Translations under genes and position numbers: made by a program
Shown here: in pieces, positions 53,469-63,407 of the stretch
Layout: each line of letters starts with the position of its first letter
Position numbering within the stretch: position 1 is the stretch's first letter
Assembly (NCBI GenBank): GCA_000091205.1
Contig: AP006497.2
DNA from: Cyanidioschyzon merolae
Taxonomy: Eukaryota
Direction: 5' to 3' (one strand)
DNA length: 64,000 bases
The notes under the pieces: model-generated
What the model saw: the letters and a program-made list of their open reading frames with translations, nothing else
What the model was told of the DNA's origin: nothing
Databases searched by the model: none

Positions 53469-54559
53469 GTGTTGCACATAGTGCGCAGGCGTGGCGAACG
53501 CGTTCCACGTAACCGGCGTCGCGAACATACACACACACTAGGAACCGTTAAGGCACGAGGGCGCCTAGATCGGAACAGGTTTCTGGAACTGATATGGGTA
53601 CGTCGGCAGTTCGTGCGGATAGGTTTGGGACAATCTTGAAGCGGTATGCGCGAGTCTGGTCGAGAGGCGTAGCTACCAGTTCACGGGCGCAAGCGCGTCC
53701 GACGAGACCTCTCACTGCCACGCCCAGAGGATGCCTCTCGTGCGGGCGTGAAGGATCACACATGTTCGTGTGTTGGGACCTACTTTTCTGCGTCTGTGAA
53801 GGTATGGCGAACGCTGTGGTGTGGGCGTTGTGCCCGATATAGGAGATGCATCGCGCGGTATCTGTTTGATGCTGGTTCAAACGTCTCTTTTTTCCAGCGG
53901 CGGAAGTATCCGATTCTATGTTGTTTTCCTCGATGGTGCAGTAATTGATCTGCCGACGCTCCAGAACCGCCCAGAGACACTGCGGTTACGCGCATCGCTC
54001 ACACTACATCCAACATGAGAGTTTAGAGTGCAATAAAAATCGCAGCACCGCACACATACACCTAGTGCAGAATAAAATAGGACGGGCCTAGTCACCTAAA
54101 ACGAGTGTACCCTCTGAAGCTTGCATTCCTTTGCATTGTCATGAACATAAGCGTTTACGGTTTGTAGGCGACAATTTCCTTTGCTTCCTACTCATCTGCG
54201 ATTTGAAACGCGCAGGTCCCTCACGTCCGTCCAGTTCCGTGTTCAGCAACCAGGAGATGTTGATGGTAGCTGTACGATCCCGACGTCGCTGATTTCGAAT
54301 GTTGCCCGTGTACTTCATGCGCAGGCGGTAGTTGCCATCTATACTGCAGTCGATATCTGCATTTGCGTTTTATACACGCTTGGAACGTGGTTCGCGGCGT
54401 TGACACTTGACTTTGGTTAGGTGTTCCCTCTGTGTCCACCGATTCTCCATGTCCTTCGATGGCCGGTCTGTGACTCGTCAGGGCTTCCTGCATCGCTCGA
54501 CACATGCCCTGCATGGATACCGGAGGCTCCCTCGATGCTCTCCTCCGACTCCCGGTCAG

Positions 54560-54990
54560 GTGCCGCACCCCACGATTACGCGCTTGTTCGATGCGAGCGC
54601 CTCGATGATACCTGCCTGCTGCATGCACAAGCGCATGATGTTCCACCCGATAATTGATTTGTGGAACGCGATGTCGTCCATGATGAAACAAGCACTGGAA
54701 GGAGAAGCCAGGCTGGACAATACCCCGAGAAATTTCGATCCATCGACGCTCGCTTCACTTGAAGCGATGGCTCCGATGACCCAAATCCGACTCCAAGACC
54801 CTGTTTCATGCAAGCAGAAGTGACGACAGCCTCCGGGAGCGCATCTCATGAAAGGTATCATGCCGCTGTCGAAAGCCGTTTCGTCGATGACTCCATAGCC
54901 AGAGGGACTTGTCGTTCGAATGGAATCGATCACGCGACGCGGGTTGTTCAACAAGCTTTCAGCATGATTGTGTACTGAACTCCTCAAGGG
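54560..54990. repeat. Dispersed repeat, copy B (inverted relative to copy A at about 41975-42680)
   Basis: The reverse complement of 54600-54960 aligns with 41990-42380 at about 75% identity (gtgatcgattccattcgaacgac against gaaatgatcgattccgttcggaag; ...catcatggacgacatcgcg against ...tatcatggacaacagtgcatgg). Short ORFs on either strand translate to related peptides in the two copies: FMGCNRGGSDLYCLHEKGS and FMRCAPGGCRHFCLHETGS; PAWILLSVFVLSWTT and PAWLLLPVLVSSWTT. Confidence 0.6.
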
Positions 54991-55285
54991 ACGACTTCGG
55001 GTTTGTTCCTTCGTCCATCAAGCGGCGTGAATCGTTGCGCCCATGAGTTGCCAACGAACGGAAAGATCAACAACTTGAAGCATGCGTGATTCGAGCATGC
55101 TTTTCATACGGAAATGAAAAGCTCAGACGCTTGAAAATGTACCTTGGATCATGGTCTTGGTCATGTTACGAACGTCTGTTCGACGCTTACGCGAATCACT
55201 CTGATTCCGATGACGTCATGAATTCCAGGGGCAAGGCATCGAAGACGTCACTCTGGACATACGACCGAGAATCCTAGAACTACAC

Positions 55286-58200
55286 ATGAATCCTCAACGC
55301 ATATTTCTGCACTTTGCAAGTCGAGACTTTTGCTCTAACCCATTCGGAAACAAAAGTCACAAAGCAGGAAGCGAGCATCCGGTACACTGCCCTATTCCAG
55401 TCTGGCACACAGACCGATGCAGCAGCGCCCCGATTCGGCAGCGGAACAGAAGCGCCGCTCCTGGACACACTGCTCCGTTTGTTTTTGAGCGCTCGCCGAG
55501 CTCCGGGGAATGCGTTCCGGGAACGATCATGACATCCCAGCGAGAACTCCTTCGTTACGTGGAGAGTGATTTGCGGTCTCTGGTAGCGAAGCTGGGGAAA
55601 CGAAAAGTTGAACGAGCGTTTGTCGAAGATCTCCCGTTTCTTACGGAGCGTTTCTCGAGCTGGAAGAGTGCCGTGGAACGCGTACTGACGCAGTTGCGTG
55701 AGGATGATACGCAAGCTCGTCTTTCGTTCTCACTTTCGATCGACCTGGTGGGTCACGTGCTCATCCACAACGTACAGTCAGTGGAGAACTGGCGTAAAAG
55801 TGAAGCAAGTACGCTTCTTGCACTGGGGCTTCTGCACCGTCTCGCAAGCCAGGCAGCGTTGCCAAGCCACCGCGTCGCAGACGTCGTCGCCTTGCTGAGC
55901 TATTTCGTTCTCAGTGTTCAGAAACTGGTCCTTCGAAGCGAGTTTTCGAAGCGTCGTTGGTTGATTTATGGCGAGCGCAACGGTGCCCAGGTTCCGGGAA
56001 CGAACTCGGATCAATCGGACGCAACGGACTCGTTTTCACGTCGATCCTCGCCCGGAACAGTATCTTTGGTGGAAGAGGCCCTCGAGCAAGCCACCTGCGA
56101 GCAAACAGCTGCGGTCGGACAACGTGCCACCGAAACCCAAGTGCTGCCGGGAAACGACCTAGTCTTGGTCGAGCGGCAACTGCTACGAGTCCTCCAGGTC
56201 CTTTTCGAAATACCATCTGTGCAACACAGGGCCGGTGCAGCTCAGGAATACGATGTAGACGCTTCGAAATCAGACTCAGCGGCTAGTGTCTCCAAAATGT
56301 GCCAAGCATCCCTACCACAGCGACTATTTACGCTCCTGACGCTGATTGAGCAGCTTCCCGGAGTGACTGCAGTGGTTGCTCGCACTGCAGCAGCTGCGTT
56401 AGAGCGATACTGCACAGCATTATTCGAGGATCGTCTCTGGAGAGAGCAAGTCGCGATAGCTTTCGTGGAGGATCTCTGTTTGCTGACGCTGGAACGGCCG
56501 CCTGTTCACGGCTTTGGGACGCTCTTGTCCCTGCAGGTCCAGACGAACACGAGCAGTCCAGTCGAGTTGCCGGGTGCTTCGGCCTCTGCCGCAGAGCGCA
56601 CGTCATCATCGCTGCAGCAAGAGCGACGAGCACAGGCGTCGCCCGAGGCCGAGGACCTTGACGAAGCCCGAGAGGGCCATCCAGAATCGCTATCCGCCGC
56701 TCAAGTGACGTCCACTGGTGCGATGCAACAGAAGGAAACGTATTGCCTGGAAGTGATCACCCCAAGCCCTGATGTTATGACGTCGCTGCTGGCGGAAGCG
56801 CTGGGCAGGGCGATGCGTGGTGGTCTCGCTCCCCAGGCTTGCCTGCTCAAGCGTCTTTTTCCTTTCGTCGAAGCACAGCTGAATGAGGCCGAGCTCTCCT
56901 GGTCAATATGCAGTCTCGCAGCCGCGTTAATCCAGGCACCGGTGGCCTCGTTTGGCGCCCTGCTCGCGTCACTTGCTGGAAGGATGCTGGAGCAATTAAG
57001 GGTCTCGATGGATCCGAGCTATTCATCATCTGACACGAATCCTAATCAAGTTCTGTTGATGCATCATCGCGCACTCTTGTTGATCGAGACTTTTCGCGAT
57101 GCATTGCTTACCGGAGCGTCCACTGCAGAGGACCGTGCTTTTATCAGCAACAGCAGCAGCAGCAGCAGCTCCTGGTCACCACAAGCGCTACTCCGATACC
57201 TGGAGCGCGAATCAGATAGGACGTTCGCGTCACAAAACGCTGCTGCTGGAGCAGGCGATACGACCTCAGCGCTGGGTACGGAACAAAAATCGTTGCCTTC
57301 AGTCGATGAGCGACGTCGTCTTCGGGAGGACGTTGTTACGTCCCGAGAAACAAGCGCGGAGGCCTTTTCAAAATTGCCTGCGTCGGAGACCGGGGGTATA
57401 CTCACTCAGTGGGTGGCGATGCTGCAGCTGTGTGTCACCACCGGCACATCGATGGTGACGGAGCTGCAAATGCTGCCCACAGGTCCGTTGCGGCATCAGC
57501 GCCCGCTACTTCGCCAACTCGGGCAACTTATCGAGGAGCCCAAGCATAGAAACCTGGACGGCGAACTCTGGGGGCAGCTTACGAGCGCGGCGCTGGGTCT
57601 GCTTTTCGTCTTGTTGGAAGCCACCGATCCCGTGGCGGATGTGGACTTTCTGCGACGCACCTGGCCGGACTTTTTGACGGCGTTTGGAGCTTTGCTCGCA
57701 CGTGCACAGCAGGTTCCGGCGGTGGTGCTTCAGCCGCTCATCGAACGGGGCATGGATTCTTTGCTCCAGCGTCTGGCAGTTGTACGGAGCTCTGTGGACG
57801 CGCCCTCGATCATGAATGACTCCAGCACCGACGCATCTGGGCTTCTTGGTGGCTCTGCTGGGCAGCCACCTGCGATGCATGGCTCGACGTCGGCACTGGA
57901 ACCCTTTGAGACGGTGTTCATCTGCCTGTGTCGTACCCTGCGGCTGGTGCGAAGTACACGATCCGCCTCTGCTTCTGCTTCCGACAGCGAGGCTGTGCAT
58001 GTGTTGACCTGCCTTGGGCGCGTTTTACAGAGCAACTTGCAGCGCGCGCTTTCGACAATGCACGAATCGGAGTACAACACGAACACACCGCAAGCTGTGG
58101 TCGAACGCAGGCCGCTTTGTAGTTCCTGGAGTCCCAATACTTGGCTTGCTCTCGTGGAGAGCATTCTAATCGCAGGAGACGACGATCGTGATGCTGCCTC

Positions 58201-61200
58201 GGGTGAGCCGATGCTTGATCCCGTGATCGACAGCAGCTTCGAGCACTGGGACAAGTACCTATTGCAGCAGCAGCAGCAGCAGCAGCAGCAGCGCGCAGTA
58301 GGCTGCGTTCCCGCAGTGGCGTTGCTACGAGCGCTTTTCACTGTTGCTCACGCGGCCCAGGAAGACACCTCCACGCGGAACCGTGCCTTTTTACATGCCG
58401 TCTTCGTCGTCAAAGCATACTTGAACGCTGTCCAGCGGCAAGCAAGGGCAGCAATTGTTGCCTCAAACGGAGATGGACCCTATACTGGAAATGCCTGGAC
58501 AATACCAACATCAAATGCTACGAATGCTGCTGTTGTTACAGCAACCGGTCCCTCTGAATGGCCTGATGGTACAGGCACCGAGCAGGCATCCACGGAAACA
58601 GGCGAGCAAGTCGCTAGCGGCGCTATGTCGTATGCGAGCACCACTGGAACTCAACCGCCTTTCCTGTTTTGGCAGACACCAGTAGCGGCTCAAGTTTGGG
58701 ACTTGTTTGCGCAGTTCGTTCCCATGATGGCCTCTACAGATCACGTCCAAGTCTTGAATGGATGGCGCGGACTCTTCCAACAACTCTTCCTCGCACAGAG
58801 CATAGACGATAAGACCGCGGCGGCGCCAGATGCGGTACAACACGCGTTTCGACCGACACCGCAGGCACCGCTGTTCGCTCCGCTGCTGCAGCTTATCGAA
58901 CAGAGGCGAGATAACGCTCAGTCGGATCGAGTGGACGGGGCTGTGATCTCCAATGCGATATCGCCACTGCGTCTTTTCCGAGAGATTCTGCAGCTCGTCA
59001 TGACGCTGGTTCAGGACTATGGCGAGCTTTTCGTTGCTGACGGCTGGTACGCCGTGCTCACGCTGTGCAAGGAGGCAGTGCTTGCGGGTCACGACCCGCT
59101 GACATTCACATCCGAAACAGATCGCAAGGGTATTCATGATGCCGGTTTTGCCTTGCTGCAACTCTTGGCTAAGGAGTATGCGTCCAGTTTTTTGCACCAA
59201 CCGGCTGCATCAGAAGTTCGAACGCTGTGGCTAGAAACCTTGACATCATGGGCGCTGCATGCCGCTGATGTGAACATGGCGCTCAGCAGCATTGGGATGC
59301 TGTGGAGTCTCTGCGACCTCCTGCAACCGAGCGAATCAACAGATGCCGCGTTATGGTGCCGAGTGCTCTCTACCTTGGCGCGTCTCTGTATAACGGAGCG
59401 CGTCGATGTCCGAAACAGTGCACTGAAGACGTTTCTCGGAACGCTGTTGGCTCATGGCCAAAACCTAGTGGAGCACGACCGCTGGCGAGGGATCTGGGAA
59501 GAGGCGCTCTTGCCGCTCATCGAAGGGCTCTTGGTGCGCTCACCGGCACCCTCGTCGCTGGCTGGTGAAGGTACCGCGCTAGAAGCGCCAGTAGAGGCAA
59601 CATCAACAACCACCGATGCCTCTGCAGAGGCGACAGCGAAGCATGCGCCGGCACGCGCGCTCACCAGCGCTACTACCAACGATGATGGCAATGATAGAAC
59701 CATCGTCAAAGGTGATGCTGTTGTTGGGATGCATCCAGCAAGTGCAAAAGATGCAATCAAGCACTGGAACGCGAGTCGACTGCTTCTCATAGAGGGCCTC
59801 GTGCGACTTATCCAACAATACCTGGTTAGTCGCTGGTTAGCTCTGGAAGCATTTCCGCGCCACTGGGAATCGCTGCTAGACTATTGGGAGCAAACCAGCT
59901 GCCTCTATGACGTCCACAAGAGCCCGCCGTCGAACCAGGAAGCGCTTTTGATCGCACTGGTTGCGTTGTGGCAGACCTCGCTGGAAACGCTGAGCCAGGT
60001 CGTTTGCTGTGAGCCGGCATTGCCCGGCTCCCGATCGTCCAACCAAAGCGCTCGGCAACTCTGGTTGCAGACCTGGCAACGCGCCCAGCGACGGGCTTTT
60101 CTCGCCAACTGCTGGCCGCGTTTCTCTGTGAGCGTCGTCGAGAGCATCGTGCAGGCGTTGTTGTCGCTGTGCGGACGCGTTCAACAGCAGACACCAGATG
60201 TGGATATTCTCGATATCGTGCAGAGCCTGGGATACCAGTGTCTCGAGGCGCTTATCGAGGACACCATAGACCCCAAAGTCGCCAAGGCATCCTCCGCCAC
60301 ACTAGGGATGCAACGGGGCAAACCGGTGCAACGATCCGCACTCGTACGCGACGTTTTCGACGTGCTCGCGCGTTGGCCCGGTGACTCGGTAGGTGTTCAC
60401 CGATGTGCGCATCTGAATGCCCTGCTATCCTTCCTGGAACGTATATGCGGGAGCATTATACGAGCCACGACGGGATCAGCGGCTGGTGTGACCTCCAGCG
60501 ACGAACATTCTGTGATGCTCTGCATTGTCCAGGGCACGCTGGAGCGACTCGTACGCGGAATGCCTCCGAGTGCCACTTGTGCGGCAGAGCAGGAGCAGTT
60601 GGTGCTTCGTTTTCTGGAGCTGCTTGCGAGCATCCTGGTACCGAGGCGTACCTGGAACGGGAGTCTAGTAGCTGCTGTCGTCGACGGGTCGTCCACAGCA
60701 CCAACCGATGCACCAGCAGCATCTGCACAGCAACAGCCGAGCAGCCTGGTGAGCACCAAACATGTCAGCGGTGCGAACGCGTTTGTCGAGAGTGCCGTGT
60801 TCTCGCTTGCTGCCCTGGTTGACAAGCTTGAAGACAACGAGGAGACCAGGGCGCTGCTGACGGATGCGGTGCTTGCACGTATTGCTGCGCTGTGTGAGCG
60901 CTTTCTCTTCGAGCACGACATCCCCCTGCCTGAATCCTTTGACGGTGGCACGCTCCATATGATTCACACTGGTCAACTGGATGAAGAGAAATGCAGCATC
61001 GTGATGTTACAGCTGGGTGCGCGCCTCGGTCTGGTGGACTTGCTCGAGCGTGCACTGGGCCTCGCCCCGGATATCTCGGTGGACGAACACTGGTTTTTAC
61101 TCGTTACGAGCGCCTATCGCTTCAATCTGCGTCTTGCTGCTATAGAGGCTCTGTTTCACGTCGCTGCTGGACTGGATTCTGGGGCGGCACCTGCTTCGCC

Positions 61201-61456
61201 ATTTGCGCTGAGCCGCCTGGCGAGCGCCGCGTCTACGGTGGCCGCAGCACGTGTGGCAGTTCAGCGTTTGATGCAACGAGTCGAGCGGTGCGCTGCTGCG
61301 TATCGACGTCAGTCGGGGTGCTGTCCACTGCCGTACCTCATGCGAATGTTCGAGGCCTATGTGCGATTTCAGGCGGACGCGCTTACGAAGCGTGGTGTTC
61401 ACTTGTCCTCTGCAGCAGACGTTGGGACTCAGAGAGCAGCAAACGGCACAGCGTGA
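55286..61456 (+). CDS. MON2: Mon2-like large ARM/HEAT scaffold protein (BIG/GBF-related but no Sec7 catalytic motif seen). Probable start at the Met at 55529.
   Basis: The 2056-aa uninterrupted ORF has a helical-repeat composition throughout. The N-terminus MTSQRELLRYVESDLRSLVAKLGKRK resembles the Mon2 N-terminus (LE.DLR.LS.E.KKK). The C-terminal region ...VDVRNSALKTFLGTLLAHGQNLVEHDRWRGIWEEALLPLIEGLL matches the conserved Mon2/BIG C-terminal EVR..A..TLF...HG motif. No FRLPGE Sec7 motif is present. Poly-Q and poly-S tracts come from (CAG)n. Confidence 0.7.
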   Translation: MNPQRIFLHFASRDFCSNPFGNKSHKAGSEHPVHCPIPVWHTDRCSSAPIRQRNRSAAPGHTAPFVFERSPSSGECVPGTIMTSQRELLRYVESDLRSLVAKLGKRKVERAFVEDLPFLTERFSSWKSAVERVLTQLREDDTQARLSFSLSIDLVGHVLIHNVQSVENWRKSEASTLLALGLLHRLASQAALPSHRVADVVALLSYFVLSVQKLVLRSEFSKRRWLIYGERNGAQVPGTNSDQSDATDSFSRRSSPGTVSLVEEALEQATCEQTAAVGQRATETQVLPGNDLVLVERQLLRVLQVLFEIPSVQHRAGAAQEYDVDASKSDSAASVSKMCQASLPQRLFTLLTLIEQLPGVTAVVARTAAAALERYCTALFEDRLWREQVAIAFVEDLCLLTLERPPVHGFGTLLSLQVQTNTSSPVELPGASASAAERTSSSLQQERRAQASPEAEDLDEAREGHPESLSAAQVTSTGAMQQKETYCLEVITPSPDVMTSLLAEALGRAMRGGLAPQACLLKRLFPFVEAQLNEAELSWSICSLAAALIQAPVASFGALLASLAGRMLEQLRVSMDPSYSSSDTNPNQVLLMHHRALLLIETFRDALLTGASTAEDRAFISNSSSSSSSWSPQALLRYLERESDRTFASQNAAAGAGDTTSALGTEQKSLPSVDERRRLREDVVTSRETSAEAFSKLPASETGGILTQWVAMLQLCVTTGTSMVTELQMLPTGPLRHQRPLLRQLGQLIEEPKHRNLDGELWGQLTSAALGLLFVLLEATDPVADVDFLRRTWPDFLTAFGALLARAQQVPAVVLQPLIERGMDSLLQRLAVVRSSVDAPSIMNDSSTDASGLLGGSAGQPPAMHGSTSALEPFETVFICLCRTLRLVRSTRSASASASDSEAVHVLTCLGRVLQSNLQRALSTMHESEYNTNTPQAVVERRPLCSSWSPNTWLALVESILIAGDDDRDAASGEPMLDPVIDSSFEHWDKYLLQQQQQQQQQRAVGCVPAVALLRALFTVAHAAQEDTSTRNRAFLHAVFVVKAYLNAVQRQARAAIVASNGDGPYTGNAWTIPTSNATNAAVVTATGPSEWPDGTGTEQASTETGEQVASGAMSYASTTGTQPPFLFWQTPVAAQVWDLFAQFVPMMASTDHVQVLNGWRGLFQQLFLAQSIDDKTAAAPDAVQHAFRPTPQAPLFAPLLQLIEQRRDNAQSDRVDGAVISNAISPLRLFREILQLVMTLVQDYGELFVADGWYAVLTLCKEAVLAGHDPLTFTSETDRKGIHDAGFALLQLLAKEYASSFLHQPAASEVRTLWLETLTSWALHAADVNMALSSIGMLWSLCDLLQPSESTDAALWCRVLSTLARLCITERVDVRNSALKTFLGTLLAHGQNLVEHDRWRGIWEEALLPLIEGLLVRSPAPSSLAGEGTALEAPVEATSTTTDASAEATAKHAPARALTSATTNDDGNDRTIVKGDAVVGMHPASAKDAIKHWNASRLLLIEGLVRLIQQYLVSRWLALEAFPRHWESLLDYWEQTSCLYDVHKSPPSNQEALLIALVALWQTSLETLSQVVCCEPALPGSRSSNQSARQLWLQTWQRAQRRAFLANCWPRFSVSVVESIVQALLSLCGRVQQQTPDVDILDIVQSLGYQCLEALIEDTIDPKVAKASSATLGMQRGKPVQRSALVRDVFDVLARWPGDSVGVHRCAHLNALLSFLERICGSIIRATTGSAAGVTSSDEHSVMLCIVQGTLERLVRGMPPSATCAAEQEQLVLRFLELLASILVPRRTWNGSLVAAVVDGSSTAPTDAPAASAQQQPSSLVSTKHVSGANAFVESAVFSLAALVDKLEDNEETRALLTDAVLARIAALCERFLFEHDIPLPESFDGGTLHMIHTGQLDEEKCSIVMLQLGARLGLVDLLERALGLAPDISVDEHWFLLVTSAYRFNLRLAAIEALFHVAAGLDSGAAPASPFALSRLASAASTVAAARVAVQRLMQRVERCAAAYRRQSGCCPLPYLMRMFEAYVRFQADALTKRGVHLSSAADVGTQRAANGTA

Positions 61457-62327
61457 CTTGAGCGCCCTTGAGCTAGGCGGAAAACGGGCTATGGACAACG
61501 TCGAAGCCGTACCGAGGTTTCCAGGGTCCGGTTGAAGCGCAGGCACGATTCTTGTTTGCACCCGTATCAGGCTTTGTGGCGACTCGAGCGGAACGCAGCA
61601 GCCACGAACGCAATAGGGGTTGCACGTCTACCCGTTTCGCCACCTGAGGAGAGAACTGGATGGATTCGCTGCGCTTCAAAGTACGACGCTGATGTTGCGT
61701 GCGAGATGTTCAACCGCACGCCGCTTCCTGATAAACGGGATCGGGTCAGCTCGATACTTTGCTCTTTACGATCGATGTTGTGGAAGCAGTTGCATATCGA
61801 TGCACAGCGAGAAACCTTTCTCACGGCCTGTGCGGATATCATGAGCATCGTGTGCACGGTATTTTGCTTTCTGCACCCGATTTTGTTGTGGGAGTAGTTG
61901 GTTGCTGAAGCAGAGCGAGACAATTCATTCGCGCCTGGTGAGCGTCTCGCTGGCATCCGCTTTCGTTCGCAGAGCCGTGCGCAGCAACATAATATAGGGC
62001 GCAGGTTCCCGCGTAGGAGCCTAGGGAACTCGCGCAGCGTCCTCCTGCAACAGCGCATCGCGGTTTCCGAAGTATCCTTGTGAGGCTCTTTACCCGCAAA
62101 ACCAGTAGCTGTTCTCAATAGCGTGAATGAAAAGGGCGGCATCTGCTCCAGAAGCCGTTATCGGGTGTAGCGGCGGCGACACTTACCTCAACGCAGTTCA
62201 TTGCGACAAGCGCAACCATCGTATGCACGGACGAGCCCCCGCTGATACCCATACGACTCACCAGGTAAACAACGAACACATACACGACATCAGTGTACAG
62301 GAAATGCTGCCGATGCAAAGTCCATCC

Positions 62328-63407
62328 CTACGGTGCAGGTCGATCGAGCAGTGCTGGATCCAGCTTGCAGTGCAGTTCCTGCTGCGCTTCGAATAGGCGA
62401 AGGAACGCCTCAACGGCGGCACGTGTATCCGCTCGCCAGCAGAGTGTCGCCCTCAGCTTATCGATAGATGATCTCTCCGCTGCACTATCGTTGTGCGCTG
62501 ACGCTGTATCCAGCGGAAGATAGCAGCGTTGCCGTAGGGTAGACTCTGGCCACTGGCCTCCTTCCGCCGGTACCAGCTCGAGAACGCGCCCCAGGAACCA
62601 GAACGTCACCGCCGGTCGACGAAGCGTGCCTTTCCCGTCCAAAGAGTCAGTACACGGGACCGCTTCACAGAGACTGCAGTGCCGAACCAGCGGTCGAAGT
62701 AGTTGCACACGGGCACCGGCCTCCTCGAAGGCCTCGCGACAGGCCGCAGCAGCGGGTGTTTCACCGACCTCGACACCGCCGGCCGGTAAGATGTAACGGG
62801 CTGGCTGTTGCCCCGCTTGTCGCTGATTAGCGCCGTCGCTGGTTTGATGTCGAGACGTCACAGCTAGGATGAAGCGCTCATCCGGTGACAGGGCCAACAC
62901 ACCGGCTCGCACGCGAGCATCCAAGGCGCTCCGGTCGGCGGAAAGCCTCTGGGCACAGCGGCACGGCTCGAAGCCAGTCACAGTTTGCCATCCGAGCTCC
63001 GAGACTGAAGCTGGTGTATCGTCCGACATTATAGGGCGGCTCAGACCCCACCGCGCTACTGGTCTGGGGGTCGCATTCCCGCAGACCTTGTGCTTTGGTA
63101 CCCGCGAGCAACGCAGAAGCCGGTCAACGTCGCTGTTGCGCACTGTTCGAAACGAAGCGCTGTACGCGCAGGGTAACGTTTGTGTGAATCGAAACGCTTC
63201 TCTGCGGCTGTGTTCGCTGCTCGGGCGCCTTCGGGGACGCATGGCTACCTTAAGCTTCCTTTTCGGTACGTCTTCTGCCAGGTTCACTTCAGGACACGAT
63301 GCATGGTCGCGGGCGGGTGTCCGAGCGTCGTGGAACGTGGCGCCAGCCCAGCGTTTGCCCCGAGCGAAGGTCGGACTGCGGACCCTGGTGGCGCGCACCA
63401 AGAGCAC
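62328..63407 (-). CDS. NUDIX hydrolase. The likely true start is the Met at 63029, since the upstream ORF extension overlaps the SmpB gene.
   Basis: Nudix box GGVEVGETPAAAACREAFEEAGARV (G-x5-E-x7-REUxEExGU). The C-terminus is unique. The ORF upstream of the Met at 63029 is R/S/P-rich and overlaps the opposite-strand SmpB ORF. Confidence 0.7.
   Translation of the reverse strand: MLLVRATRVRSPTFARGKRWAGATFHDARTPARDHASCPEVNLAEDVPKRKLKVAMRPRRRPSSEHSRREAFRFTQTLPCAYSASFRTVRNSDVDRLLRCSRVPKHKVCGNATPRPVARWGLSRPIMSDDTPASVSELGWQTVTGFEPCRCAQRLSADRSALDARVRAGVLALSPDERFILAVTSRHQTSDGANQRQAGQQPARYILPAGGVEVGETPAAAACREAFEEAGARVQLLRPLVRHCSLCEAVPCTDSLDGKGTLRRPAVTFWFLGRVLELVPAEGGQWPESTLRQRCYLPLDTASAHNDSAAERSSIDKLRATLCWRADTRAAVEAFLRLFEAQQELHCKLDPALLDRPAP

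Noticed and set aside
57506-58341. Minus-strand ORFs (164 and 203 aa) inside the Mon2-like gene, one carrying a CCCCCCCCC run
   Set aside because: Antisense reading of the (CAG)n tract (giving a Cys/Leu run) within a 2056-aa sense ORF. Artefact.
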